Source: Alphaproteobacteria bacterium (GTDB taxonomy: Bacteria > Pseudomonadota > Alphaproteobacteria > SHVV01). Taken from it: 64,000 nucleotides of DNA. Within the stretch, counting starts at the first letter, position 1. Each line of letters opens with the position of its first letter. Where the stretch lies: assembly GCA_965261735.1 (NCBI GenBank), contig OZ253470.1, positions 160,001 through 224,000 of the forward strand, given 5' to 3'. Shown piece by piece: positions 39,167 through 49,802 of this stretch. Position numbers and translations under genes: made by a program. A model generated the notes under the pieces. It was not told the DNA's origin. It did not search any database and worked only from the letters and a program-made list of their open reading frames with translations.

Positions 39167-40108
39167 TTACAGGCTCTTGAGGAACGCCTCGACGTCCTCG
39201 GGCGACTGCACGGCCTGAGCGGCGAGATCGCGATCGATGCGCCGCGCGAGACCCGTGAGCACCTTGCCGGCGCCGAGTTCGACCAGCGAGTGGACACCGT
39301 TGTCGCGCATGAATTCGACCGACTCGCGCCAGCGCACGGTGGCGCAGACCTGTTCGACGAGCAGCTCGCGGATTGCTTCCGGATCGCTCTCGGCCCGCGC
39401 CGTGACGTTGGCAATCAGCGGGACGACGGGTTGGAGGAGCATCGCCTCCGCCAGTACCTCGGCCATCTCGTCGGCCGCCGGCCGCATCAGGGCACAGTGG
39501 AACGGCGCACTCACCGGAAGCATGACGGAACGCTTCACGCCGCGTTCGCCCGCGAGCGCCGCGGCGCGCTCAACCGCTGCCACGGCACCACTCAGCACGA
39601 CCTGGCCGGGCGCGTTGTCATTGGCGACCACACACACCTCGCCTGACGCGGCGTCCTGCGCGATCGCGGCCGCCACGGACAGGCTAGCGCCGAGCAGGGC
39701 GGCCATCGCCCCCTCGCCCACCGGTACCGCACGCTGCATGGCGCGGCCGCGGCGCTTGAGGAGCCGCGCGGCATCGGCGAGGTCGAGCGCCCGGGCCGCG
39801 GCCAGGGCCGAGTACTCGCCCAGCGAGTGGCCTGCAACGAAGGCGGCCGCGCTACCGATATCGACCCCGCCTTCCTCTTCGAGAACCCGCACGACCGCCA
39901 TGCTCATGGCCATCAGCGCCGGCTGGGCGTTCTCGGTGAGTGTAAGCTCGTCGTCGGGGCCCTCGAACATGAGGCGCGAAAGCCGCTGCTTCAGAGCCTC
40001 GTCGACCTCCTCGAAGGTAAGCCGCGCCGCCGGCATGGCGGCGGCCAGATCGCGCCCCATGCCGACGGTCTGCGAACCCTGGCCCGGAAAGACGAACGCC
40101 GTGGACAT
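39167..40108 (-). CDS. fabD: ACP S-malonyltransferase
   Basis: FPGQGSQ, GHSLGEY, VSAPFH. Confidence 0.97.
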   Translation of the reverse strand: MSTAFVFPGQGSQTVGMGRDLAAAMPAARLTFEEVDEALKQRLSRLMFEGPDDELTLTENAQPALMAMSMAVVRVLEEEGGVDIGSAAAFVAGHSLGEYSALAAARALDLADAARLLKRRGRAMQRAVPVGEGAMAALLGASLSVAAAIAQDAASGEVCVVANDNAPGQVVLSGAVAAVERAAALAGERGVKRSVMLPVSAPFHCALMRPAADEMAEVLAEAMLLQPVVPLIANVTARAESDPEAIRELLVEQVCATVRWRESVEFMRDNGVHSLVELGAGKVLTGLARRIDRDLAAQAVQSPEDVEAFLKSL

Positions 40109-40327
40109 CGAACCGCTTGCTCCGCCGCGCCCCGTACCGTGCGCGCCCGGCGAGGGTGTGAAAGCCGCCGAGCCTACCATGCCGAGCGACACCTCGGACC
40201 CCTTGCTCGCGCGATGGTTTGATGTATAGTGCGGCGCTTCGTGCCGCCGCCGGCCGCCGGCCGCGAGCACGCCATCCGGCGCGCGCACAATTTGGAGCCC
40301 AGGCGCGGCCACTCGGAGCCATATCGC

Positions 40328-40861
40328 ATGCCGTTGTATGAGAACGTATTCATCGTGCGTCAGGACGCCTCGACGCAGCAGGTCGAGGGGATGACGGACC
40401 ATTTCAGCGACATCGTGAGGGACCAGGGCGGCGAGGTCGCGAAGACCGAGCATTGGGGCCTGAAGACGATGGCCTACCGGATCAAGAAGAACCGCAAGGG
40501 CCATTACGTCATGATGAACCTCGACGCAGCCCCGTCGGCAGTCGCGGAACTCGAGCGCAACCTCCGCCTCAACGAGGATGTCCTGCGCTACATGACGATC
40601 CGCGTTGACAAGCTCGAGGAAGGCCCCTCGGCGATGATGCGGGCGAAAAGCGGGCGCGAGGACCGGCGCGGCGACGGCGATCGGGGGCCGGCCCGTGGGG
40701 CGCCTCCGCGGGCCGAAGGCGGCGCCGAGACGGCGGCCACACAAGCTCCACCGGTGCCAGCGCCCGAAGGCAGCGCGCCCGCGCCTGAAGGCGACGCGGC
40801 TGCCCCCGCGGGCAAAACCGAGGAGCCGGTCAAGGCCGAGGCAGAGGACACCTCCACATGA
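40328..40861 (+). CDS. rpsF: 30S ribosomal protein S6 with long Ala/Pro/Glu tail
   Basis: [25 protein letters not shown]. Confidence 0.96.
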   Translation: MPLYENVFIVRQDASTQQVEGMTDHFSDIVRDQGGEVAKTEHWGLKTMAYRIKKNRKGHYVMMNLDAAPSAVAELERNLRLNEDVLRYMTIRVDKLEEGPSAMMRAKSGREDRRGDGDRGPARGAPPRAEGGAETAATQAPPVPAPEGSAPAPEGDAAAPAGKTEEPVKAEAEDTST

Positions 40862-41121
40862 GCTCACGAGGTGAGGGTCGAGGATCGGGTGGCGGCATGC
40901 GCAGGCCGTTCTTCCGGCGCCGCAAGTCGTGTCCGTTCTCCGGGACGAACGCCCCGCAGATCGACTACAAGGACGTCAAGCTCCTGCAGCGCTTCATGTC
41001 GGAGCGCGGCAAGATCGTCCCGAGCCGGATCAAGGCGGTGTCGGCAAAGAAGCAGCGCGAGCTGGCGAGAGCCATCAAACGGGCGCGCAACCTAGCCCTG
41101 CTTCCCTACGTCGTCCGATAG
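40858..41121 (+). CDS. rpsR: 30S ribosomal protein S18
   Basis: RRKSCPF, IDYKD, AIKRAR..ALLPY. Confidence 0.97.
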   Translation: MSSRGEGRGSGGGMRRPFFRRRKSCPFSGTNAPQIDYKDVKLLQRFMSERGKIVPSRIKAVSAKKQRELARAIKRARNLALLPYVVR

Positions 41122-41147
41122 CGCGCCGCGCCGGCGCAGAAAGGCCG

Positions 41148-42089
41148 ATGGCCAAGGACTCTCCGATCAGCCTCGGAGCCGGCGCAGCTAGCGCGGTTCT
41201 TTACCTCGCACTTCTCATCGGCTCACCGGGCGCGATCGTACTTGCGCTGCTCGCGCCGCTGCCGCTCTTTCTGGTCGGCCTGAGCCGTGGCGCGATACCG
41301 GCGCTCGATGCCTGCGCGGTGGCGGCGCTCGTGGTCGCCGTGACGACAAGCATTGCGGCCGCAACCCAGTTCCTGCTCGTTAATGGCGCGCCGGCGGTTT
41401 GGATCGTGTACCAGGCTCTACGCTCCCGGCAACGGGCGGGCGGCCCGGCGTGGGCGCCGCCGGGATATCTGATGATCCAGCTCGCCGGGTTCGCGGCGCT
41501 CTATTTCCTCGCCGCCGCGTTGTGGTATGCCGGCGCCGAGGGCGGCTTACAAGGAGAGCTCGCGCGCCTTATCGACGCCGTGGCGGTCCGCCTCGCGCCG
41601 GCAACCGCCATCGTCGCCGACCCGGCGCTGATAGCGACCTGGGCTACCCTCATGCCGGCGATGATTGCCGTGTGGTGGATCCTCGTCGTGACCGCCAACG
41701 GGATGCTCGCCCAATCGGTGCTGCGTCGCTTCGACCGCAACCTGCGGCCCTCCCTCGTCATGGCCGACTTCGAGCTTCCGCGCGGGCTCGCGGTGGCGGT
41801 CGGGGCTTTGTTGCTGCTCGCGTTTGCACCCGATCCGGTGGGCTTCCTCGCCCGCACGCTGGCAATCATCGCGCTCGTGCCCTTCTTCTTTCTCGGGCTC
41901 GCCTTGGTGCATGCGATTGCCGCGCGCCGGCCGGGCCAGACGTTCCTGCTGCTGGCTTTCTACATGCTGCTTGTTTTGCTCGCGTGGCCCGTGATCATGG
42001 TGGCAGGTTTCGGTATGATCGAACACCTTGCCAAGCTGCGCCGGCGCTTTGCCGGACCGGCCCGCGGCAGTGATGAGGAGGACGAGTGA
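41148..42089 (+). CDS. DUF2232 membrane protein
   Basis: Polytopic membrane ORF ([16 protein letters not shown]) in the usual rpsR-rplI position. Confidence 0.8.
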   Translation: MAKDSPISLGAGAASAVLYLALLIGSPGAIVLALLAPLPLFLVGLSRGAIPALDACAVAALVVAVTTSIAAATQFLLVNGAPAVWIVYQALRSRQRAGGPAWAPPGYLMIQLAGFAALYFLAAALWYAGAEGGLQGELARLIDAVAVRLAPATAIVADPALIATWATLMPAMIAVWWILVVTANGMLAQSVLRRFDRNLRPSLVMADFELPRGLAVAVGALLLLAFAPDPVGFLARTLAIIALVPFFFLGLALVHAIAARRPGQTFLLLAFYMLLVLLAWPVIMVAGFGMIEHLAKLRRRFAGPARGSDEEDE

Positions 42090-42733
42090 TGCAGGTTATT
42101 TTGCTCGAGCGCGTCGACAAGCTCGGGTTGATGGGCGATGTCGTCTCGGTCAAGCCGGGTTTTGCGCGCAATTACCTGCTGCCGGAAAAGAAGGCGCTGC
42201 GGGCGACGAAGGAGAATCTGGCGCGCTTCGAGGGCGAGCGCGGGCAGCTCGAGGCCGCCAACCTCACACTCCGCACCGAGGCCGAGGCGGTGGGAACCAG
42301 GCTCGACGGCCTATCCCTCGTGATGCTGCGTCAGGCGAGCGAGGGCGGCCAGCTCTACGGATCGGTTACCGCGCGCGACATCGCGGTCGCGGTGTCGGAG
42401 GCCGGTTTCACCGTCGAGCGCCGGCAGATCAAGCTCGAGGCGACCATCAAGACCCTTGGCATCCACCGCGTGCGCGTGGCGCTTCACCCCGAGGTCGCGG
42501 TCGGGATCGCCGTCAACGTCGCCCGCTCCGAATCGGAAGCCGAAGCGCAAGCAGCCGGCGAAACCGCGCCGCCGGACGTGGAGGGCTATTTCGAGGACGC
42601 CGAGCTCGCCGCCCAAGCGGAAGCCTCGGCGCGCGCGGCTGGTGACGAAGGGTCGGCGGAACCGGAAGGCGATCCCGGCGCCCAGGGCCCGGCGGCCGAG
42701 GAACCACCGGTCGTCGCCGCGGAAGGTTCGTGA
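42089..42733 (+). CDS. rplI: 50S ribosomal protein L9
   Basis: [26 protein letters not shown]. Confidence 0.97.
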   Translation: MQVILLERVDKLGLMGDVVSVKPGFARNYLLPEKKALRATKENLARFEGERGQLEAANLTLRTEAEAVGTRLDGLSLVMLRQASEGGQLYGSVTARDIAVAVSEAGFTVERRQIKLEATIKTLGIHRVRVALHPEVAVGIAVNVARSESEAEAQAAGETAPPDVEGYFEDAELAAQAEASARAAGDEGSAEPEGDPGAQGPAAEEPPVVAAEGS

Positions 42734-42782
42734 TCGTCGCTCCCGCGATCGGGCCCCACACGGACTGAGCATCGAGACGCCC

Positions 42783-44006
42783 ATGCTACTCGGCCTGCTG
42801 CTCAAGTCGCTCATCAAGGTCGGCACGCTGCGCGTCGTCGACGCCAACGGCAAGGTGCACGCCTTTTCCGGTGCGCCAGGACCCACGGTTACCCTGCGGC
42901 TTGGCGACCGGCGTCTACACCGCTCGCTGTTCTTCGACCCCAATCTCTATGTCGGCGAAGCGTACATGGAGGGCTCGCTCACGATCGAAGACGGCGACGT
43001 TTACGACTTCATGGCGCTGTGCATGATGAATCTCGACATGGGTCAAGGTCATTGGTTGCAAGAGCTTATCGGCGCCGGGCGCCGCCTCGCCAGGCGCCTC
43101 GCCCAGCACAATCCCGTGCCCCGGGCGCAGGCCCACGTCGCTCACCACTACAACCTCTCCGAGACCCTCTACGAGCTCTTCCTCGACAAGGACCGCCAAT
43201 ACTCCTGCGCCTACTTCGAGAAGCCGGGCGACAGTCTCGACCGCGCCCAGGACAACAAGAAGCGCCACATCGCGGCCAAACTGCTGCTGGAGCCGGGCGC
43301 GCGCGTACTCGACATCGGCTGCGGATGGGGCGGGCTCGCGCTCTACCTGGCGCAGGTCTCGGGCGCCGATGTGACGGGCGTTACCTTGTCGAGCGAGCAG
43401 CACAGAGTGGCGCAGGAGCGCGCCGCGGCTGCGGGGCTTTCCGATCGCGTCCATTTTCATCTTCAGGACTACCGCCACGTCACGGGCGCATTCGACCGCA
43501 TCGTCTCGATCGGCATGTTCGAGCATGTGGGGGTCGGCCATTATCGCGAATTCTTCGACACCGTGCGCGATCGGATGAGCGCGGGCGGAGTCGCGCTTCT
43601 CCACTCGATCGGCCGCTCGGACGGACCCGGCGCAACGAATCCATGGATGCGCAAGTACATCTTTCCCGGCGCTTACACGCCGGCGCTGTCGGAGGTGCTG
43701 CCGCGAATCGAGCGCGCCGGGCTCATCGTTACCGACGTCGAAATCCTGCGGCTCCACTACGCCGAGACGCTCAAGGCGTGGCGGGCCAACTTCAAAGCCA
43801 ACCGTGCCCGTATCGCCGCAATCTATGACGAGCGCTTCTGCCGGATGTGGGAGTTCTATCTGGCCGCCAGCGAAGCCGCTTTCCGCCACGGCGGCCTCAT
43901 GGTCTTCCAGATCCAGCTGGCCAAGCGCCAGGACGCGGTCCCCCTGACCCGCGCCTACATCGCGGATTGGGAGCGGCGGCAGGGACAAACCTCGGCCGCC
44001 GCGTAG
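42783..44006 (+). CDS. cfa: Cyclopropane-fatty-acyl-phospholipid synthase family methyltransferase
   Basis: AHHY, QYSCAYF, LDIGCGWG, SIGMFEHVG, KYIFPG. Confidence 0.92.
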   Translation: MLLGLLLKSLIKVGTLRVVDANGKVHAFSGAPGPTVTLRLGDRRLHRSLFFDPNLYVGEAYMEGSLTIEDGDVYDFMALCMMNLDMGQGHWLQELIGAGRRLARRLAQHNPVPRAQAHVAHHYNLSETLYELFLDKDRQYSCAYFEKPGDSLDRAQDNKKRHIAAKLLLEPGARVLDIGCGWGGLALYLAQVSGADVTGVTLSSEQHRVAQERAAAAGLSDRVHFHLQDYRHVTGAFDRIVSIGMFEHVGVGHYREFFDTVRDRMSAGGVALLHSIGRSDGPGATNPWMRKYIFPGAYTPALSEVLPRIERAGLIVTDVEILRLHYAETLKAWRANFKANRARIAAIYDERFCRMWEFYLAASEAAFRHGGLMVFQIQLAKRQDAVPLTRAYIADWERRQGQTSAAA

Positions 44007-44014
44007 TCCAACTC

Positions 44015-44139
44015 TTATCCACAACCGCGCCCGCACATGCCGGTGCCGCAGGCCGGGAGCACCTTTCAGGGCCTTTTTGCCCCCCCTGAAGTCCCCTCTG
44101 TCACCGCTATCCACAGCGTGTGAATTCGCGTTGCCCACA
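44015..44139 (+). promoter_or_regulatory. DnaA-box cluster upstream of dnaB
   Basis: TTATCCACA (44015, perfect), CTATCCACA (44107), TTGCCCACA (44131), all co-oriented. Confidence 0.65.
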
Positions 44140-44194
44140 AGATTTTGTTGTTGTTCCACTGCTGTTCTCCGCGTCGACATGATATGGTTCGCCC

Positions 44195-45703
44195 ATGGAC
44201 CCCATGGCCTCGGATCTCGGCCCGGCGTACCCGGACGGCGCCGACGGCGCCTCGCTGCAACGCACCATGCCGCACAATCTCGAGGCCGAGGAGGCCCTGC
44301 TCGGCGCCATTCTCGTCAACAACGACGCGGCCCTGCGGGTCTCGTCGTTCCTCGAGCCCGAACATTTCTTCGAGCCGCTCCACGGGCGCATCTTCGCCGC
44401 GGCGATGAAGCTTGTCGGGCGCGGCCACATCGCCACCCCGGTGACGCTGAAGACGTATTTCGAGGGCGAGGATGCGCTCACCGACATCGGTGGCGCCACC
44501 TACCTCGCCCGCCTCGCCGGGGCGGCGACCACCATCATCAACGCCGAGGACTACGGCCGCCTCATCTACGACCTCGCCCTGCGCCGCCACCTCATCGAAA
44601 TCGGCGAGGATATGGTCAACACGGCATTCGATGCCGAGCCCGATCAGACGGCGCTGTCGCAGATCGAGGCCACCGAACAGCAGCTGTTCACGCTCGCCCA
44701 GAAGGGCACGATCGAGAGTGCTTTCCGGCCCCTCTCCGCCGCGCTCGGCGAGGCCATCGAGAACGCCGAGGCCGCGTTCAAGCGAGACGGCCACCTCTCC
44801 GGCATCGCCACCGGGTTTCGCGACCTCGACGACAAGCTCGGCGGCCTCAACCGGTCCGATTTGGTGATTCTGGCCGGTCGGCCGTCGATGGGAAAGACCG
44901 CGCTGGCCACCAACATTGCGCTCAATGCGTCCCGCGCCCACCGCACCGAGACGGGCGAGAATGGCGAGCGCCGCACCGTCGATGGCGCGGCGGTGGCGTT
45001 TTTCTCGCTGGAAATGTCGGGCGAGCAATTGGCGACCCGGCTGCTGGCCGAGGAATCGGGTATCTCGTCGGTCAAGCTGCGCCACGGCAAGATCACCGAC
45101 GACGAATTCGCTGCCGTGGTCGGCGCGAGCCAGGAGCTCGAGCGCCTGCCGCTGTTCATCGACGACACGCCGGCGCTGACCATCGCCGCTCTGACCGCCC
45201 GGGCGCGGCGCCTCAAGCGCACCCACGATATCGACCTTATTATCGTCGACTACCTGCAGCTCCTGAGGCCCGCCCGCCAACGCCGTGACGAAAGCCGCGT
45301 GCTGGAGATCTCCGAGATCACGCAGGGGTTGAAGGCGTTAGCCAAACTACTCGACGTGCCGGTCCTGGCGCTGTCGCAGCTCAACCGTGCCGTCGAGCAG
45401 CGCGAGGACAAGCGGCCCCTGCTCGCCGACCTGCGCGAATCGGGCGCCATCGAGCAGGACGCCGACATCGTCACGTTCATCTATCGCGACGAGTACTACC
45501 TCGAGCGGCGCAAGCCCGCCGACGGCACCGCCGAGTTCGACGACTGGAAAGCCAAGATGGAGGCGATCCACGGCGTGGCCGAGATCATTATCGGCAAGCA
45601 TCGTCACGGCCCGACCGGCACCGTCGAGCTCGCATTCATCGGCGAACTGACGAAGTTCGGCAATCTCGCCAAGGCCGACCGCGTTCCCAATGTCCCGTTC
45701 TAG
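44195..45703 (+). CDS. dnaB: Replicative DNA helicase
   Basis: PHNLEAE, AGRPSMGKT, DYLQL, DLRESGAIEQDAD. Confidence 0.98.
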   Translation: MDPMASDLGPAYPDGADGASLQRTMPHNLEAEEALLGAILVNNDAALRVSSFLEPEHFFEPLHGRIFAAAMKLVGRGHIATPVTLKTYFEGEDALTDIGGATYLARLAGAATTIINAEDYGRLIYDLALRRHLIEIGEDMVNTAFDAEPDQTALSQIEATEQQLFTLAQKGTIESAFRPLSAALGEAIENAEAAFKRDGHLSGIATGFRDLDDKLGGLNRSDLVILAGRPSMGKTALATNIALNASRAHRTETGENGERRTVDGAAVAFFSLEMSGEQLATRLLAEESGISSVKLRHGKITDDEFAAVVGASQELERLPLFIDDTPALTIAALTARARRLKRTHDIDLIIVDYLQLLRPARQRRDESRVLEISEITQGLKALAKLLDVPVLALSQLNRAVEQREDKRPLLADLRESGAIEQDADIVTFIYRDEYYLERRKPADGTAEFDDWKAKMEAIHGVAEIIIGKHRHGPTGTVELAFIGELTKFGNLAKADRVPNVPF

Positions 45704-46805
45704 CCGTGCCGGAGCCGTTCTCACCATCGATCTCGGCGCCGTCGCCCGCAATTACCGCACCCTGCGAGACCGGTTGAAGGGCGCCGCGTGCGCCGCTGTC
45801 GTCAAGGCTGACGCTTACGGACTGGGCGCGAGGCGCATCGTGCGCGAGCTCGCCGCGGCTGGGTGCGACACCTTCTTCGTCGCCACGCTCTCCGAGGCGC
45901 AGGGGCTGCGCCGTGCGCTGGAGGCGCGGGAGCCGTTCCGCATCTTCGTCCTCAACGGAGCCCTGCCGGGGCGCGAGCCCGACTTCGTGGCCGCCGGCCT
46001 CGTCCCGGTCCTCAATACGCCCGAGCAGATCTCCGACTGGGGTGCGCTCGCGCGAGCGCGCAAGACTCGGCTGGCGGCGGCGTTGCACCTCGATACCGGC
46101 ATGTCGCGCCTTGGCCTCGGTGGCGCCGAGACCGAAGCGCTGGCCGCAAGCCCGACGGCGCTCGAGGACATCGACGTCGCCCTCGTTCTCAGCCACCTCG
46201 CCTGCGCCGACGAGCCCGCGCATGAGATGAACGCCCTGCAGCTCGCCCGCTTCGACCGGCTGCGCCGCTGGCTGCCGGCGGCGCCGGCGAGTTTGGCCAA
46301 CTCCTCGGGCATCTTCCTCGGCCCCGACTACGAGCTCGACCTGGTGCGCGCCGGGGTCGCCCTGTACGGCGCCAATCCGTGCCCGGGCCATCCCAACCCG
46401 ATGGCGGAAGTGGTTCACCTACAAGCAAAAATCGTTCAGGTCCGCTACGTTGACAGCCCCATGACCGTTGGCTATGGTGCCGCCCATCGCGTCGTTCGGC
46501 CGGGGCGAATCGCAACCGTACCTGTGGGTTACGCCGACGGATGGCCCCGCGCACTCAGTCATCGTGGCGCCGCCTACATAGCGGGTATTCAAGTCCCCCT
46601 CGTGGGTCGAGTTTCGATGGACCTCACGACCTTCGACGTTACCAGCGTGCCGGAGCACCTTAGTCGACCTGGGTGCGCCGTCGAACTGATCGGCGCGAAC
46701 GCACCGATCGATGAGGTAGCTGGCGCCGCTGGCACCATCGCCTACGAAATTCTCACACGCCTCGGGGGCCGTTACCGCCGCGTCTTTGTTGGCGGCCGGA
46801 CCTAG
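45690..46805 (+). CDS. alr: Alanine racemase
   Basis: AVVKADAYGLG, DTGMSRLG, GYADG, GRVSMD. Confidence 0.97.
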   Translation: MSRSSRAGAVLTIDLGAVARNYRTLRDRLKGAACAAVVKADAYGLGARRIVRELAAAGCDTFFVATLSEAQGLRRALEAREPFRIFVLNGALPGREPDFVAAGLVPVLNTPEQISDWGALARARKTRLAAALHLDTGMSRLGLGGAETEALAASPTALEDIDVALVLSHLACADEPAHEMNALQLARFDRLRRWLPAAPASLANSSGIFLGPDYELDLVRAGVALYGANPCPGHPNPMAEVVHLQAKIVQVRYVDSPMTVGYGAAHRVVRPGRIATVPVGYADGWPRALSHRGAAYIAGIQVPLVGRVSMDLTTFDVTSVPEHLSRPGCAVELIGANAPIDEVAGAAGTIAYEILTRLGGRYRRVFVGGRT

Positions 46806-46808
46806 CGC

Positions 46809-47597
46809 ATGACCGACCTCGCCGCCGACTCGCTAGCGCTCATCGGCCGCCTCTTCATCGCCTTTCTCGCGGAGATCGGGCGGCTCGTCCTGTTCGCCGC
46901 GCGCGCGGTGTCGCACTGCGTACGCCCCCCCTTCTATCCCCGCCTGCTAGGGCAGCAGATGCTGACGGTTGGGTACTATTCGCTGCCTGTGGTCGGCCTC
47001 ACCGCCCTGTTCACCGGCATGGTGCTGGCCCTCCAGATCTATACCGGCTCGGCCCGCTTCAACGCCGAGGGCGCGGTCGCAACCATCGTGGTCATCGGCC
47101 TTACGCGGGAATTGGGGCCGGTCCTGGCGGGCCTGATGGTGGCGGGCCGCGTCGGCGGCGCCATCGCGGCGGAAATCGGCACCATGCGCGTGACCGAGCA
47201 GATCGACGCCTTGACCACGCTGTCGACGAGCCCGTTCAAGTACCTAGTGGTACCGCGGCTGATCGCCGGCGCCACCATGCTGCCCCTGCTGGTCTTGGTC
47301 GGCGATATTATCGGCGTCTTCGGCGGCTATCTGGTGGGCACGCAAAAGCTCGGCTTCAACGCCGCGAGCTACCTGCGCAATACGGTCGACTTCCTGGAAC
47401 CGCTCGATGTCATCTCGGGCCTCGTGAAGGCGGCGGTGTTCGGCTTCATCATCACGCTCATGGGATGCTACCAAGGGTTTTACAGCCGTGGCGGGGCGCA
47501 GGGCGTGGGCGCCGCGACGACCAACGCGGTGGTCTCCGCCTCGATCCTGATCCTCGCCGCCAACTACGTTATCACCGAGTTGTTCTTCGCCCGCTAG
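46809..47597 (+). CDS. mlaE: MlaE family ABC permease
   Basis: RELGPVL, AEIGTMRVTEQIDAL. Confidence 0.93.
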   Translation: MTDLAADSLALIGRLFIAFLAEIGRLVLFAARAVSHCVRPPFYPRLLGQQMLTVGYYSLPVVGLTALFTGMVLALQIYTGSARFNAEGAVATIVVIGLTRELGPVLAGLMVAGRVGGAIAAEIGTMRVTEQIDALTTLSTSPFKYLVVPRLIAGATMLPLLVLVGDIIGVFGGYLVGTQKLGFNAASYLRNTVDFLEPLDVISGLVKAAVFGFIITLMGCYQGFYSRGGAQGVGAATTNAVVSASILILAANYVITELFFAR

Positions 47598-47608
47598 GCG
47601 GCAGTGAG

Positions 47609-48382
47609 ATGAGTGCACCGGCGAAAATCTCCCTTCGTGACGTGCACATGGCGTTCGGCTCCAAGGTCGTGCTCGACGGGTTCGACCTCGATGTTCAGGT
47701 CGGCGAATCGCTGGTCGTCATCGGCGGTTCGGGGACGGGCAAGTCGGTGATGTTGAAATGTATCCTCGGGCTCCTCAAGCCGCAGCGCGGCAGCATCAGG
47801 ATCGATGGCGTCGACGTCATCGGCATGCGCGCCGGCGAGCGCGAGCGGAGTTTGGGCAAGATCGGTATGCTGTTCCAGGGGGCAGCCCTGTTCGACAGCC
47901 TTCCGGTCTGGGAGAACGTGGCGTTCGGACTGATTCAGGGCGCGCATATGGGGCGCGAGCAGGCCAGGGACATCGCCATCGCCAAGCTCGGCCTGGTCGG
48001 TCTCTGCGCTGAGGTCGGGGAGCTCGGCCCGGCCGAGCTGTCGGGCGGCATGCGCAAGCGCGTGGCCCTGGCGCGCGCCATCGCCACCGAGCCCGAGATC
48101 ATCTTTTTTGACGAGCCGACGACCGGCCTCGACCCGATCATGGGCGACGTCATCAACGAGCTGATCGTCAATCGGGTCAAGGAGCTCGGTGCGACGACGT
48201 TGTCGATCACCCACGACATGGCGAGCGCGCGCAAGATCGCGGACCGCGTCGCCATGCTATATGGTGGCCGCATTATCTGGGCCGGCGCCGTCGACGAGAT
48301 CGACCGCTCGGGCAGCGCTCATGTCGAGCAGTTCATCCACGGCAGCGCCGAAGGCCCCATCCAGATGGACGTGAGGTCATGA
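47609..48382 (+). CDS. mlaF: MlaF family ABC ATPase
   Basis: GGSGTGKS, LSGGMRKRV, DEPTTGLDP. Confidence 0.92.
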   Translation: MSAPAKISLRDVHMAFGSKVVLDGFDLDVQVGESLVVIGGSGTGKSVMLKCILGLLKPQRGSIRIDGVDVIGMRAGERERSLGKIGMLFQGAALFDSLPVWENVAFGLIQGAHMGREQARDIAIAKLGLVGLCAEVGELGPAELSGGMRKRVALARAIATEPEIIFFDEPTTGLDPIMGDVINELIVNRVKELGATTLSITHDMASARKIADRVAMLYGGRIIWAGAVDEIDRSGSAHVEQFIHGSAEGPIQMDVRS

Positions 48383-48411
48383 GCGACGCCGCCGCGCAGG
48401 AGCCACTCTAG

Positions 48412-49797
48412 ATGGCGCGCGCGGAAGCCCGGTACGTGTGCCAGGCGTGCGGCGCGAGCACCGGCAAGTGGGCCGGCCATTGCGATGCCTGCGGCGCCTG
48501 GAACACGATTGTGGAGGAGGCGCCGCGGGACGCGCCGCCGCGCGGACTGGGCCCCGCGCGAGGCCACAGGATCGAGTTGGTGGGGCTCGCCGGCGAGGTC
48601 GAGGCCGCCTCTCACGTGGCCAGCGGAATCAGCGAATTCGACCGCGTGTGCGGTGGCGGACTGGTGCCGGGCTCGGCGCTCCTCGTCGGCGGCGACCCGG
48701 GCATCGGCAAGTCGACCCTGCTGTTGCAGGTCGTCGCCAGCCTCGGAGCGAGCGGCCTCGACTGCGCTTATATTTCGGGTGAGGAGGCCGTCGATCAGGT
48801 GCGGCTGCGGGCGCGCCGGCTCGGGATCGGCGATGCTAGCGTCGTGCTCGCCGCGGCAACCAACGTGCGCGACATCCTGGCCACGCTCGATGTTGGCGCG
48901 ACGCTCCACGCCGTGGTCATCGACTCGATCCAGACCATGTATGTCGATAGTCTCGATTCGGCTCCCGGCACGGTGGCGCAAGTCCGCGCCTGCGCCCAGG
49001 AGCTCATTCGCCTCGCCAAACGGCGCGGCACGACGATGCTGCTCGTCGGCCACGTCACCAAGGAAGGATTGATCGCGGGCCCGCGGGTGCTCGAGCACAT
49101 GGTCGACACGGTCCTGTACTTCGAAGGCGAGCTCGGCCATCAGTTTCGTATCCTACGCACAGTCAAGAACCGCTACGGACCGACGGACGAGATCGGCGTG
49201 TTCGAAATGACGGGCGCCGGCCTGCGCCAGGTCGCCAATCCGTCCGCCCTGTTCCTCAGCGAGCGCTCCGGTACGGAGACGGGCGCCGCGGTATTCGCCG
49301 GGATCGAGGGAACGCGCCCCTTGCTCGTGGAGATCCAGGCCCTGGTCGCGCAGTCGCCCCTCGCGACCCCGCGCCGGGCCGTCGTCGGTTGGGATTCGGC
49401 GAGGCTCGCGCTGGTGCTGGCCGTGCTCGATGCGCGCTGCGGCCTCGGCGTTGCCGGGCGCGACGTCTACCTGAGCGTTGCCGGCGGCCTGAAGATCGCC
49501 GAGCCCGCGGCCGACCTCGCCGTCGCGGCGGCCCTCGTATCGTCGATTTCCGGCGTCCCGGTGCCTAAGGAAACGGTGGTGTTCGGCGAGATCGGCCTCG
49601 CCGGGGAGGTCAGGAGCGTCAGCCAGATCGACACCCGGCTTAAGGAAGCCGCCAAGCTCGGCTTCTCGCGGGCGCTCGGACCGGCGGGGTCGGGCCGGCG
49701 CGAGGCTCCGCTCGAGGTGACCGAAATCGCCCGCCTGTACGAGCTGGTCGAACTCTTCAGCGAGCGCACGGTTGCGGCGCTCCAGCGCTCGTCCTAG
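48412..49797 (+). CDS. radA: DNA repair protein RadA
   Basis: C4 Zn finger, GDPGIGKST, KNRYG. Confidence 0.97.
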   Translation: MARAEARYVCQACGASTGKWAGHCDACGAWNTIVEEAPRDAPPRGLGPARGHRIELVGLAGEVEAASHVASGISEFDRVCGGGLVPGSALLVGGDPGIGKSTLLLQVVASLGASGLDCAYISGEEAVDQVRLRARRLGIGDASVVLAAATNVRDILATLDVGATLHAVVIDSIQTMYVDSLDSAPGTVAQVRACAQELIRLAKRRGTTMLLVGHVTKEGLIAGPRVLEHMVDTVLYFEGELGHQFRILRTVKNRYGPTDEIGVFEMTGAGLRQVANPSALFLSERSGTETGAAVFAGIEGTRPLLVEIQALVAQSPLATPRRAVVGWDSARLALVLAVLDARCGLGVAGRDVYLSVAGGLKIAEPAADLAVAAALVSSISGVPVPKETVVFGEIGLAGEVRSVSQIDTRLKEAAKLGFSRALGPAGSGRREAPLEVTEIARLYELVELFSERTVAALQRSS

Positions 49798-49802
49798 CCG
49801 CC

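Noticed and set aside
44007-44194. Chromosomal replication origin
   Set aside because: Short spacer, one perfect box, no extended AT-rich unwinding region and no typical origin-flanking genes
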